A model generated the notes under the pieces. It was not told where the DNA came from, ran no database searches, and saw only the letters and a program-made list of their open reading frames with translations. Positions 1 to 13,700 of a DNA stretch of 64,000 nucleotides are shown here, piece after piece (the stretch's first letter is position 1; each line of letters opens with the position of its first letter). This DNA is from Guillardia theta CCMP2712 (taxonomy: Eukaryota > Protista > Cryptophyta), in NCBI RefSeq assembly GCF_000315625.1, contig NW_005434534.1, positions 62,925 through 126,924 on the forward strand, in the 5' to 3' direction. Both the position numbers and the translations under genes were made by a program.

Positions 1-19
1 ACAACAAGCAAACGTCGTC

Positions 20-290
20 ACATTCCAGATGCCAGATGCCAGATGTCAGATGTCAGATGTCAGATGTCGGATATGAGAAGTCAGAAGTCAGATGTCGGAT
101 ATGAGAAGTAAGAAGTCAGATGTCGGATATCAGAGTACAGACGTCACAAGTCAGATGTTGGAAGTCGGATGTAAGACATTGAAGTCAGAAGTCAGAAGTC
201 ATATGTTGGAAGTCAGATGCTGGTATTTAGATGTGACATGCGAGATGTCAGACATGAGATGTGTGGTGTTAGATGTTACAAGTCTGATCA
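20..290. repeat. Degenerate 7-bp tandem repeat (AGATGTC/AGAAGTC)
   Basis: Directly visible cagatgt/cagaagt units; explains the spurious 92..400 ORF. Confidence 0.85.
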
Positions 291-431
291 GAGCGCAAGC
301 CCTCTCACCTTCTCCTCCCCTCTCGCACCTCCTGTGCTCGGCGACTCTTCGGTTGTTGATTGCCTATAAAATCATCAATAGAATCAAGGATTTACATTAG
401 ATCTACGATAAACTAGCAATAAAGGCATGCA

Positions 432-2040
432 ATGAAATGGCTTGTGGTGCTGGTGGTGCTGCATGGCGCCTCTAGTCTGGTGGTGAAGCCGGAGAAGGGA
501 GAGGAGCTCAGGTGGGTCCCGGACGTCCCTCTGTGGATCCGATTGGACAAGAGCAGGAGGGAATGCTTTGACATCCATGTCGACGGGCTGTCGCAGACCA
601 TCGCGTGCGATAGCGACATCTTCATTGACGACCCAGGCATCGGCGAGCACTCGCTCCAGCTGTTTGCCACCTTCTTGCCGACAGCCTCGTCACTTGTCTA
701 CAACGAAACGTTCAGGCTCGTCGTCAAGGACACGATGCCTGACTGGCTGTCAGAAGACGGGAAGTACCAGTACCCCGAGAGTGTGGAGGGGTATCACCAG
801 TGGTGGTATCACAGTGGCGTGTGGTCAAACACATACTGGCGGGGTGTTGTATCTCATAAAGCGCCGACAGACATGTGGAACTACCAAGAGATCATACACG
901 AGATCAAACCCTCGGTGCTAGACACCTTTCTGCTGTCTTGCCGTCTTGACGAAGTTCGAAGGTTGTTCTTGAAGTCGGAACACGTTTTGGAGGCTCCACG
1001 CTGTTTTTCTCAGATGTCATGAAAGCAGTACATCAAACATCTGCATACAAGATATTGACCGTTGACATCGACCACGACTCGATCAACTCACAAGTGCGTT
1101 CGTCACGCCAACCTTGTCCTCTCTCACCCTTGGCAGTTGAACCGGGAGCCTCGCGTGGAGATTCTGACGGCACCATCGGCTTCGCTACGCGTGCAGAGAC
1201 GTTTGAAGGTGAGACGAGGTAGAGACATCGGGAGCTGAAGGAGAGCTGTAGGAGCTGAGAGATGAGCTGCCCGGGTCACTCTTCGTCATTCTGGATGGTG
1301 ATCATGGTTGGTGATTTCAAGTGCGATTGTTTGCCACTTGACCTTTGCCAAGGTGCCGACAACGTGACCCTCGAGCTGCAGGTTGTCAGCGCTCAGAGAA
1401 GTATGACGGTGTGATCGACGTGGCAGATGATCTCGCAGGTGCTGAGGAGAGGAGACTACGTGGTGGTTGAGGACACCAACCTTGTAAGTGAGCAGAGAGT
1501 CTCTTGTGCTGTCTTTACGCTTGAGCTCTTTGCCTCACGCTCTTCTAGGACGGCCATGAGTTTGCTGTTCATCCCAACTGGGGCCCGTGTCCGTATGATG
1601 CGGTGATTCAGTTCCTGGCGATGAACAGGTCAAAGCAACTCCCTCAATCCGCTCCTTTCTTACTTTACTTGGCTCCTAGAGAATTTTTCCGCCGAGACTT
1701 GCAGAGAGAAAGGAAGTTTGGTTTCTCGCAATCAGTATGCTGATCTTCATGTGGTTTGCTCTGAGCCTGGTGTTGAAGATGGCAGGTTTCCTTCGAGTTG
1801 TGGGCGAGGATCCTCAAAACATATATAGCCTCGAGCTACACAATCCTTACCTCGACATGTGATCTCATGACCTTGGTCCGCCTGCATTCAGATTATGCCA
1901 AAAGGTTCCCGACTCTTTCCTTGCTTCAGCATTTCAAATCACCATATCAGTATCGTCTAATATGAAAATTGAAAAGTTGAATATCTCAAAAAGTCTGCAT
2001 CATTCTTTGAAACTCTTTGGATTTTTATCACAGTTGGGGT
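432..2040 (+). CDS. CmcI / cephalosporin hydroxylase-family (rhamnosyl O-methyltransferase-like) SAM methyltransferase with signal peptide; multi-exon, 3' end approximate
   Basis: YHQWWYHSGVWSNTYWRGVVSHKAPTDMWNYQEIIHEIKPS, then spliced LEVGTRFGGSTLFF, ILDGDH, GDYVVVEDTNL, HPNWGPCPYDAV; hydrophobic N-terminus. Confidence 0.85.
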
Positions 2041-2533
2041 GAATTGTCAGGACAGTAGAGAGAAAACTGAAAATTTTCTTTGAATTTGATTATGCACTTT
2101 TCCGCTTTGTAGTCTGCAACTGAATCTCTATGTTGTCATCTTAGTAAATAAGGAAATTTCAGGTCTTGAATTCTACAACATGGCCAAATCCATGTTCCTG
2201 CTCAAAAAAACAAGCAGATCAGACTGAAACACCTGTGCTCACAACATGAGCCTCCTTTCTTTGTACGACGACGTGAACCTCAGGAGATCCATCAAGACTT
2301 TGGGATTCCGCTAAGGCAAATGACACAACCAAAGTGAGATCGCTTGTCTTTCATTAGTTGCATGTCGGAAATTTTAAGCTATGAGAATGTTTAGGGACCC
2401 TTGGGGCGCGTGCTGGCAAGGAAGCCGTTTGGTTGATTTCTTTGAGGAGAATGCTTGTTCACAGAGGCTTGCTCTAACCTGACGACAAGCCATAAACGTC
2501 ATCCTTGCGTTCAATCACTCAAAAGGGTCTCTG

Positions 2534-4408
2534 TCACCTTCTTATCCAACCAGACTCATCAGAGGACGAAGATTCTTCTTGGAACGACTCCTCCATTCTG
2601 CCTCCTGCCCTTCGATCCTCGGATAGCGAGCGCTCCATCTGACTTGAGTTTCTCGGACGTTGGGAATAGCTCAAGCTGTCGGACTTCATCTTCTTCTCTG
2701 CCTGCAGTATTGAATACATTTCACGTAAAGAATATTTTGCAGCCGAGAGTCCTCTACGACAACTGTACATATGATTCTTTAAGACACTTCCATGATTTGA
2801 TAGCCAAGACGATTGCAAAGTGTTTGCTACTAAACTCAGCTGCTCTTCAAGGAGGCTGACAGTTTCAATGCCTTGCCTTAGGCACAAATCCGCCTCCTCG
2901 GCACCTTCAACAGCATCTCTTGAGACGTGACCTCGTTCAGTATCCTCATGTTCGTGCATTCTCACTTCCATGATTCTTAAATAATTACCTGGAACCACGC
3001 CAAACCCTCCCTCAAGGTTTTGAACCAGGTACCAACCGTCTGCATGCCTGGCTTTGACTTGCAAGACCTCTCCACATTTAATGCTTAGTTCATCACGTTC
3101 GTTTGCTGAATAATCAAACAAACAAACGGCAGTAGTTCCTTTTGGGGTCGCATGTCCTGTAGTCCTCACTTGTATGAATTCTTTGGCTGGGGTTTCAAAG
3201 CAAAGCTCCAACGTTTCGTCATCTTGCTTGTATACCTTCTCTGAATCATGCGTCCCAGCGCCCAGCTCGTGAGCTTGTGGCTCCATGTGAATGTTGGAGT
3301 TATAGGAATGTACTTCATCGTTGAGCTTGCATGCTGAAGTGAATTGATCTATGGCTGCCATGTCAGAAGCATGTTGATCCAACATCTCCTCCTTGTCAGC
3401 ATGGGTCACGATCATCAATTCGCTTAGACGAGTTTCTTCAGGGCCGAGCCGTCTGAATGGTATGATGAGGGACTCTCCGTTCCCGGTGATGTTGGGAGCA
3501 AGCAAACCATCAATGTAGGCTACCAGGTCATCCTCATTCCCCTGCAGCACCAGACCGACGTCTAAGATGATGCCAGTGTAGCACAGACGAACGAATCCTT
3601 TGAGACCTAGATGGCAACATACTTGCTGATGCCACATGTCCATCTTAGGGGCACTAGCAGTCGGAATCAGTGTGCCTTGAAATTGTAGTGTACACTCGCA
3701 GGAACAAGAGGAAATGGCAATGGCGTCAGAAAGGGTTCGACGAGAGCCATCTTTGCACATGATCGCAACAGCTGAGCGAATCAGATCTTCCTTCCTCACG
3801 TTTTGCTCCTCATCTACAGAAATAGCATCCAAGATTTTGATGATGGATTCAGAATCCCAATCTCTTTGTTGCAGAAACTTATAGGCGTCTCGTCGTGAAA
3901 CTAAGCCAGCTCCAAGCCCCAACATCTGAGAGTTGCCAACGTTAGCATAAGACAAACTGAAACACCTGAAAAGATGAGATATATGTGGGCATATCTCTTT
4001 ACCTGCGAAAAGAGCATGACTGGACATCTGTTTTCAAATCTCTCTGAAAGTTTGACGCCATCCTTTTTACTTTCCGCCAGAACTGAAATAGAAAAGCCAC
4101 AACATTCGCAGATCTGAGCAAACAGATAAAGTAAGAACTGGAATCCTTGTCCATTTTCTGATGTTTTCGTATATAACAAACATAATACTTTTCTACTAGT
4201 CCATCACTTGTTCAAACTTGTGATCAGGCTTTCATGTCATTCTATACTCTAAACATTTAAGCCAGTGCATTCTAATTGCCGCTGCTTGTCGAAGACCCTG
4301 TTCTCATCTAGTCTTCAAGTCGCTCTCGGCGTCTCGTTTCGAGCTCATGCGTGACCTCACCAGCGTTCGTCTTGCTTCAGCCATACTTCCCGCCTTGAGC
4401 CCTTCCAT
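2534..4408 (-). CDS. SH3-domain protein with C-terminal helical region; multi-exon, ends approximate
   Basis: AVCLFDYSANERDELSIKCGEVLQVKARHADGWYLVQNLEGGFGVVPGNYL is a canonical SH3; probable first exon MEGLKAG at 4408; may continue below 2534 via a donor at the ORF end. Confidence 0.8.
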
Positions 4409-4570
4409 GCAGCTGTCAGCACAGAGATTTCGAGCTGCTACCGGTGCGAAAGAGGAGGGGTGGTATGATAGTAGGTCCGTTATAGGGGTGGGGTCAAGAA
4501 GCAGTAGGGGTTGTGCCTATCGAGACCTGGATGCATCTCAACCCCAGGATGATCGACAGATGATTCAGAT

Positions 4571-4738
4571 TCAATGTGAACATCCTTCTCTCAATCAATG
4601 TGAACATCCTTCTCTCAATCAATGTGAACATCCTTCTCTCAATCAATGTGAACATCCTTCTCTCAATCAATGTGAACATCCTTCTCTCAATCGATGTGAA
4701 CATCCTTCTCTCAATCGATGTGAACATCCTTCTCTCAA
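4571..4738. repeat. 24-bp minisatellite, ~7 copies (TCAATGTGAACATCCTTCTCTCAA)
   Basis: Head-to-tail near-identical units, last two with an A>G variant. Confidence 0.95.
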
Positions 4739-4827
4739 GCAATCATGTCAAGTGTTTATTTGAAACTTCTGGAAGCTCAAGCCACAAATCACTGCTCCCT
4801 TATTCCAGCTCGTGTTCAACACGAGTC

Positions 4828-6582
<1,755 letters not shown>

Positions 6583-6659
6583 GCGCCCAAGAAGGTCCCT
6601 CATCCCCGCACCCCAGCGGGGGGCACTTGGACACACTGCCACCGCCACTTCAAGGCTTG

Positions 6660-7050
6660 TGACTGGTGACTCGGACACCCGTGACTGCCCGTTGGATGGG
6701 CGGCCCGGCCCGGCCCGGCCCGGCCCGGTGACCGTCGTGGTGCACTGCGGAAGTCCGAGTCACGCGGCCACTGGTTGGACGGCCGGGTGGCCGACCGTAC
6801 CGGCCGCGTTGGAACTTGGCTGGGCCCGGCGCCGGCGATGGCCGTAGTATCGCGGCGCTCGACTCTCGGATCATCCGAGATAATCACTGACTCGTGAGCC
6901 GCTCACAGTTCGGAGGCACGGTGACCATCGGATCCGATCCGAGTCGGATCCGATCGGACAGTCACCGTCACGGTGGCTCAGTGCGGCGCCCGGAACTGTT
7001 ACTGATGAGGCCGCCGCCGTATAAGATACTACGGTGGCACGGGTTCTGCT
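6660..7050. promoter_or_regulatory. GC-rich CCGG/TGACTC/GATCCGATC palindrome-rich island upstream of the 6582 gene
   Basis: cggcccggcccggcccggcccgg, gagtcacg, tcactgactc, gatccgatccgagtcggatccgatcgg; same vocabulary recurs elsewhere in the window. Confidence 0.45.
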
Positions 7051-7070
7051 GGTTCTCATTTATTATCAAG

Positions 7071-8196
7071 TTACAGATACTTCATCTTTCGAATAATCTT
7101 AAATTGCTCTGGTATCTCCATCAATGCGTGCATGGCGAATACAGCATCAGGGTTTCTCCCAGGAGGAACTCGACTGTCGCAAGAAAAGTCAAAACTTTCC
7201 TGTTCAAAGGGATGAGCCACGAGTACCTCATCACTTTTTCAAACGGAACGAACTGAAAGTTGTCAAATTTCCTGCGTCATGGTTGTCGGTTAGTTAGCCC
7301 TTTGAAGATCTGTCTCTGCTGTGGATATACCGTGCAGGCAGCTGATCATCAAACTCTTCCATCTACACGCATCAAATTTCCAGTCAGCAAGTGCTATGCG
7401 CTCTCACGTAAGCCCTCACCATTTCCCAAGGCCCATCACCAACCCCTACAACAATGATGGACAATGCATAGCTTGAAGCCTCAACGATGGCATTTTCTGT
7501 ATCCTTGCGATTTGTGACTTGTCCGTCGGCAATGATGACCAGGATGTGGTAAGCATTCTCTTGCTTCACTATGGTGATAGCTTCGCGGATGACGGGGCCT
7601 AACAAGCATTAGGCACTCGCTCGCTTCCCTCGTCAATGACCGAAATTCGTCGGGCCTGCCAGGACGATGCCTGGCGTAATCTCATTGTACCGTGAAAGAA
7701 CCTGTCATGCTTGAGAATAGGAAGAGTAGAAATGCGAGACCTGCCTCCTCGAAGCCTTGGCAGGGGCGTTTGTCGGGAAAGAAGGGAAAGCATTGCTTGT
7801 CTGTCGTGAAGTTGTCACCGAAACCGTAGGCAGGAATGAGCTTGTCGTCATCAAAGGCCTCCAGTGTGCGACCAACTACGGAGATAACGCGCTGGTAGGG
7901 GTTCAAAGCAGCTGCATCAAGGTGGTGGAGACACCTTCCACCAAAACTCTTTTCGCCTGTCCATGTATTGGACTTGGTAAAGTCAATGCCTGCAAGCCCT
8001 TCACTCGAAATATCCTCCTCCTCCTCCTCCTCCTCCTCCTACCCAAGATCAAGTTACTGGATTCCAAACCCACATCTCTCAGCGCTTTCTGCACTTCTTC
8101 GATTGAGTTGTAATTGTCAGCGATTGCAAAAAAGCGATCGGGTGGCTGCGTTTTCCTGCTTGTTGATGCTTCTTTGTGCGAAAAACAATTCCCCAT
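7071..8196 (-). CDS. RGLG/copine-type vWA protein, N-myristoylation-type start, no RING domain
   Basis: MGNCFS start; LESSNLILGIDFTKSN, AFDDDKLIPAYGFGD, GFEEVLSRY, GPTNFGPVI, YHILVIIADGQV, SIIVVGVGDGPW, RKFDNFQFV, ALMEIPEQFK then stop. Confidence 0.9.
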
Positions 8197-8797
8197 CTTC
8201 GAGGACCGGCAAGAACAAGTCCCGACAAGACTCTGCCAATCGACTGAGTCAGGCAAGGCTTGAGAAGTCGGACATGGTTCAAAGACAAACTAAAGACTAA
8301 ACCTCACAAGAGTTGCATGCCATGGATGATAAGCAATCAGTCAAGGAAACAATGATGGGATAATGACAAACAAGAGGACAACATCAAGACACAAGCCCAT
8401 AGCTGCTCCTTTCTCGCTCCTTGACAAGAGTGTCCCTCATGACAAGAGTGTCCCTCATCTCAGTTGCCCCGAGCACATTCAGGATCAAGGTACACAACTT
8501 TTTGAGTTTTCTATGTTGTTATGTTGTTATAGGTGCCTTCTATTTCAATCTAATTTTAATCTGAGGCAGCCTCGTCCTAGTAGCTTGCTCTTACCACTTG
8601 CCGGGCCCGCCGGCCAGCTCAGCTGAGAGGAGGCAAGAACGTTACACGGAGTACAGTAGTGTTGGTGTTGACTATAACCGCTCATACGGAATTAGATCGC
8701 ATGGCTGTCGTGCGGGCTTGTAGTGCGCGTGGCGAGTAGGAGGGAGAGCAAGGAGACAATAAGAAGAGAAGGAGGAGTTTCAGGCAAGAGATTCTTG

Positions 8798-8885
8798 GGG
8801 AGGGAGGGAGGGAGGGAGGGAGGGAGGGAGGGAGGGAGGGAGGGAGGGAGGGAGGGAGGGAGGGAGGGAGGGAGGGAGGGAGGGA
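8798..8885. repeat. (GGGA)n microsatellite
   Basis: Direct observation. Confidence 0.95.
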
Positions 8886-9008
8886 TGTGAGGGAAAGGGA
8901 GGAGAGGGGTTGAAATCAAGGTTAGAAGAAGAATTTGTCAATGCAGCGTGCAATCCAGTGAATGTCCCTTCATTTTGGTTTTCTTGGTTGTTGATCCATA
9001 CTTCCAAG

Positions 9009-9825
9009 ATGTCGAGGACAACAGACGGATACCTCCGTCTCTCGAACGGGCAACGAGCAGCCTTTGTCGTGCTAGGTTCACCTTGACTTTCACGGAAAGA
9101 AATTCATGACGCGAGCAGGTACATTATTTTCGGTTGTGCTAGTAACTCTGCTTGGAGACGACAGGCTAGTTTCATATTTCAGTTTACGTTATATCTTACC
9201 AATGCTCCAGTGGATATCGTTCCACAATGTCTGCTCGTGGTGTTCAGACAAAGAGAGTGCTTGAAGGTACTCGCATCATCTTGTTTTGGGTTTAGCAAAT
9301 TTTCTGAAATATTAGCAGCCTTGCAAAATAGCGTTGAGGCCAAAAGTTTGTTCGGTGAAGCGGCAGGAGCAGGGTGGACAGGTCACACACATTTCGAGCC
9401 CAACCCAGGGGCAGACGTCGGGGTTGCGACGAGGTGAGAAAAGGCGGAATGAAAAAAACGATTGACGGGCTGCAGCAACTTTCCTGGTGACTACGTGGGA
9501 ACCTATGGGGGATACACAACGGACTACACAAATGACTTGGAGAGGCGAATGACGATGCACAGGTAGACAGCCAACTTGTTGTGGACAGAGGTAGCAGTTA
9601 AGTCGTTGTCAGGGGCTCAATTGTGGATGCCCAACTCAACCCTGATAGCGCTGATCCCAAGGTGAAGGGATACCTTGACGAAGCCAACAAGAAATTGGTA
9701 TGAGCAGCACTCCATTCCACATTCAGGATAATCGTTTCACAGGACATGCCGGGAATTCTCAGCTTTCCCTGAGCTTTGAACAACTTCACCTTGAATACCA
9801 AATTAATGCATCCGAGCAATGCTAA
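9009..9825 (+). CDS. Hypothetical multi-exon protein with an N-terminal hydrophobic anchor
   Basis: Manual splicing gives an open frame MSRTTDGYLRLSNGQRAAFVVLGTLFSVVLVTLLGDD...GDYVGTYGGYTTDYTND...INASEQC* using ~45-60-nt introns. Confidence 0.5.
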
Positions 9826-9930
9826 AATAAGCTAGCTTTTTCCGCGGTGTTGCCTGGTCGGAACAAGGAAGTGTGTAAGTGACTTCATTGTACACGAGAC
9901 GATCTTAGGAGAATTAAGTTAAAACGAAAT

Positions 9931-10918
9931 TCAGATATCGTCGATGTCGTCATCTTTGTCTGACTCTTCTGATTCCGATTCCCTTTCGTCCTCCTGAATC
10001 AAACGTTAGCTTCCCAATGGGACCTCTTATGCAACAAACCTCCTCTCCCCCACTTCCGAATTCAAAGTTGTCCTCTCCTCCCTCTTCGGTCTCGTTGAGC
10101 TTTACTGTTTCGGGAAGCTCATTTGCTGCCTTCAGGGCACGAACTTCATCCGGCATGTACTTGTCGATGACATCTGCTTTGTTATCCTGGAGAAAAAATT
10201 CAAACGGAGTTAACATGTGCATTGACTTCTGCACCTGAAATCCACGAAGACTGATGAGGACGATGTCTCCGACTGCGATGCGAACTTTGCGACCCATTTT
10301 GCCGCAAATGTGGCACATTCGCTTGACACCATCGAAGCAGTACGCCTCCAACCATGGCCCTCCATGCATCTTGAGCACTTGAGCATACTCTACGAATTCA
10401 AGTCAGCAGGACGTGATTGGCTGGAAGCAACGAGAGTCAGTCGCACCTTGTCCCTCGTCTGTATTCTTGAAATGAAGTTCACGCTTGCCATCACGATCAC
10501 TTTTGGCGCGTGATCTGTTCTTTCCTCCTTTTCCTGACAAGACCAAAACATGTCAAAATTGGTTGCATGGAAAATGAAAAATTGATCAGAACTCAATCCA
10601 AAATGTTCACTTTTGCGTTGTAATTATTGTTCAAAAACTGAATTCGCCAGAAAACAAACTGCTTAAATGTTCGAGGCTGTCTCAATGATTCAACACACAT
10701 GCCACCAATGTATCCAGAACAACTGAAACCACATGTATCCTCCAACTTCATCACGAAACTCAACTATTTTAAGGAAGACGTTCATCCCGCAACATACTCA
10801 TCAATACTGAGGACTGGCACATTCCGTTCTTCTCTTCTCTTCTCTTCTCTTCTCTTCTCTTCTCTCCTCTTCTCTTCTGTCCTCTCCTCTCCTCTCTCTT
10901 ACCTTTGTTCTTAGGCAT
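9931..10918 (-). CDS. EIF1A: Translation initiation factor eIF1A, diverged
   Basis: Exon 1 MPKNK(G) at 10918-10903, then [50 protein letters not shown], acidic tail ending DIDDI*. Confidence 0.92.
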
Positions 10919-10939
10919 GATGACGCGCACGCGAGGGAG

Positions 10940-11095
10940 ATGGTACCACCCACCCGGGTCCTGCCCGGTTTTGATACCCCCACCCCTTGAGCCCCATACC
11001 ACCCATGTACCCCACTTGTCCCATTGCTTTGCGAGGGATACGTGAGCCCCTAACCCCCCAGCCTGGGCTCAATCGCCGTTGCACCCCACCTTGCA
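10940..11095. promoter_or_regulatory. YACCCC/CCACCC motif cluster upstream of eIF1A
   Basis: taccacccaccc, tacccccacccc, gtaccccac, gcaccccacc. Confidence 0.5.
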
Positions 11096-12074
11096 CAGAG
11101 ATTTCAAATGTTAGTGGCAAGTTTGAATTCTATTTCTGGAAATTTATTGTTTACAATTCTTTTATAAAATGACAGTAACTTTTAACTAGTAGAGGTGAGA
11201 GATGCGTAGCGGAGGGAGGGAGGGAGGGAGAAGATGAGCATGCATAGTGTTTGTATGCATACACATGCGTACAAGCAGACTGAAAGGCTACATCGTGAAA
11301 CTCGATTATTCATATAACATGGGCAGATAGAAGACCCACCGTTGCAAACTATACTACAGCGTGTGGAAGTTTATACACCTGTTGTGAAAATATAAAGTCG
11401 AAGCTGTGTCCGTTGACATGAGACTTTTGGCGACTCATTTTTTCGGCAGAATGTGATAAGCCTGTTGTTTCACTAGAATTCATTAATGTTCAAATACCAA
11501 AGATCACGCAAGCTGGTGAACGCCATCCTGATGAATGCCGCCAAAGTGAAGAAATCTAAACATGTATGCTCTTGAAAGTTCTCAGTTTTCACGTTCTAAT
11601 TGGCTGTACAAACACACCACAATGTTGGACCAGTCGTGGTACCGACTTCATCTATGCTCACAATCCTATTTCAAAGGGAACACGTGACACCTCATCGACG
11701 GGAGAAGAAGAGATGCATTTTTTACCCCGAGTATGCCATAAACACAATGTTGGGTCTCTGACACCATCAGAGCTCGCTTCGTGACCTTCAGATTCATTAC
11801 CTGAAACCAGGCCAATGTCGGATAAGTTCAAGTAAGTGCATGAAAATCAGTAATCCGATCTCTCTCTCCTTCTCAGCCTTCTTTCGCTACACCATCCTAC
11901 CTAGGATACGCACTCACATGAGATCAACACTTAAAGAAATGCTTTGTTGGCTCTGCTTGAATTCTCCCTCAAACCTCCATTCCCTTCTAGTCACCGGCCT
12001 GTCCTCGTCTTGATGTTGTCTCCCTTCCCTGGACTCCATTTGCTATCTCCCCTGGACTCTCCTCGCCCTTGCTC

Positions 12075-12161
12075 TGTCTGTCTCTATCTCTGTTTCTATC
12101 TCTGTCTCCATCTCTGTCTGTCTGTCTGTCTGCCTGCCTGCCTGCCTGCCTGTCTGTCTGT

Positions 12162-12250
<89 letters not shown>

Positions 12251-12292
12251 TCCTCTGTCTGTCTGTCTCTCCCTCTGTCTGTCTGTCTGTCT
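12075..12292. repeat. (CCTG/TCTG)n compound microsatellite
   Basis: Direct observation. Confidence 0.95.
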
Positions 12293-12612
12293 ACCCTAGA
12301 CTCTTCTGAGAGACGACTTGTACCAACAGTGCCGCATAGGCTATAAATGCAATGAGTCATGTTCACACCTCGATCGGTACATCCATTACCATTTGATCCC
12401 TGCCTTGAGGTTGCCTCAAACACCATGTTTCTTGGCGTATAACAACACAATGCTAAATTGATCATTTTGTTTGTGCGGGTGTTTCAAGACTGAAAGATTT
12501 ATTGTCAAATATGAAAGATTCACGATTAAGGAATTACGGATATCTGAGGGAGGAAACATGACAGCATTTATAAACACCTCATTGAAGACGTACTCGAAGC
12601 ATCGTGATGCAA

Positions 12613-13290
12613 TTAGGCTCGCTTCTCCATTCTTGGTTTCCAGCAGTAGATTCTCTGTGACTTTCGATTCCGATGAGACACATCTTTCTTTGGTTTTGCG
12701 ATGACACAGATAGAATGCCTAGACAAATTTTCAGGAAGTGCTTTGCGAGCATCATTCTCCATGGGCACCAGAGGTTCTCTGTCTGAATGCTGATTGCGAA
12801 AGACAAGTGGCCACCTCAAGCCTGAAGGAGACTTGTTTAGAGCAGACTTAGAACCAGCTGATTTCATCTCCTTGATAGACGAATCTTCGTTTTCAAGCTC
12901 GTCGTCAGTGGCTGAGAAATCCTTCATTCCCATTTGTGGGCTAACAACTTCGTCAAAGTAGACAGATTTGAATTCTTCCCTCAACAATTGCAGTACTCTG
13001 TTCTTATCTCGCTTGATTTCAAGGTGATTCAAACCAACAGATGAATTCAGAGATGCTGTCATTTTGAAGGGAGAGAAGTTCAGAGGATAGCATCCAGCCC
13101 GTGGCTGCCTTCTGTTTCCCGTCTGTGTTGAATTCGAATGTTCGATTTGATATGTTCTCATGTTCGCTTCTCTTCTTTCTCTTTCTAGAACCTCTATAGG
13201 TATGAGCTCTGCATGGTCGCCGGTCATCGTGATACCACAGCCTTGGATGTGTAAGGGTATTGGGGCCTCGTGCGAGCGCCTCTTCTGCAA
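12613..13290 (-). CDS. Unknown-family paralogue 1 (GxYPxxFSP domain), intronless; likely start at the internal Met (MTGDH)
   Basis: RRQPRAGCYPLNFSPFKMT..LNHLEIKRD..FKSVYFDEV aligns with three other ORFs in the window. Confidence 0.7.
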   Translation of the reverse strand: MQKRRSHEAPIPLHIQGCGITMTGDHAELIPIEVLERERREANMRTYQIEHSNSTQTGNRRQPRAGCYPLNFSPFKMTASLNSSVGLNHLEIKRDKNRVLQLLREEFKSVYFDEVVSPQMGMKDFSATDDELENEDSSIKEMKSAGSKSALNKSPSGLRWPLVFRNQHSDREPLVPMENDARKALPENLSRHSICVIAKPKKDVSHRNRKSQRIYCWKPRMEKRA

Positions 13291-13539
13291 GCAATTTGAA
13301 GTAGAGCTGCTGTACAGTTCGATGAAAGCAGCAGCCTAAACAGTGTTGATTAGACGGCAGCTGCTGGAGCAAGACGAAGTAGCTGACTTGACACGTCTGA
13401 AGCAAGGCAGAAGAATGGAGGAGGAGGAAGTCAGAGCAGAGGAGAGGGAGGGGGCAGGTGCTGACGGAGAGCAGAGCTGGCGGCAAGGGAGGAGCAGCAG
13501 ACAGTTGAGGAGGGCGAGGAGTCTTCTTTTTTTTTCAGT

Positions 13540-13700
13540 TGACCCATCTACCCCCTCTTCCCCACGACCCCGAAGGGGGTAGGGTCGTGTGCATCTTGAA
13601 ATGTTGCACAGTTATGATGGGGTAGGGGTAGTCTCAACTTTATACAAAGTTTAGTTAATTCACCCCTCTAATGCCACCCCTACTTCCATTTCCCTGCTGC
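13540..13700. promoter_or_regulatory. GGGGTA/TACCCC motif cluster upstream of paralogue 1
   Basis: ctaccccc, gggggtagggtc, ggggtaggggtag, ccacccctac. Confidence 0.5.

Noticed and set aside
20-290. 7-bp repeat as telomeric sequence
   Set aside because: Degenerate, lacks G-runs, and is preceded by non-repeat sequence
4571-4738. 24-bp repeats (and the 41-bp repeats at 62355) as a CRISPR array
   Set aside because: Units are head-to-tail with no unique spacers, there are no cas genes, and the context is eukaryotic
10275-10375. RNA editing as the explanation for the eIF1A substitutions
   Set aside because: The required changes are of mixed types and multi-nucleotide (e.g. CGC to TGG, CCA to GGN), so they do not fit one editing chemistry
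11400-12430. Possible small multi-exon gene on the minus strand (also one at ~14100-14490)
   Set aside because: Splice-like signals are present but I could not build a unique convincing frame
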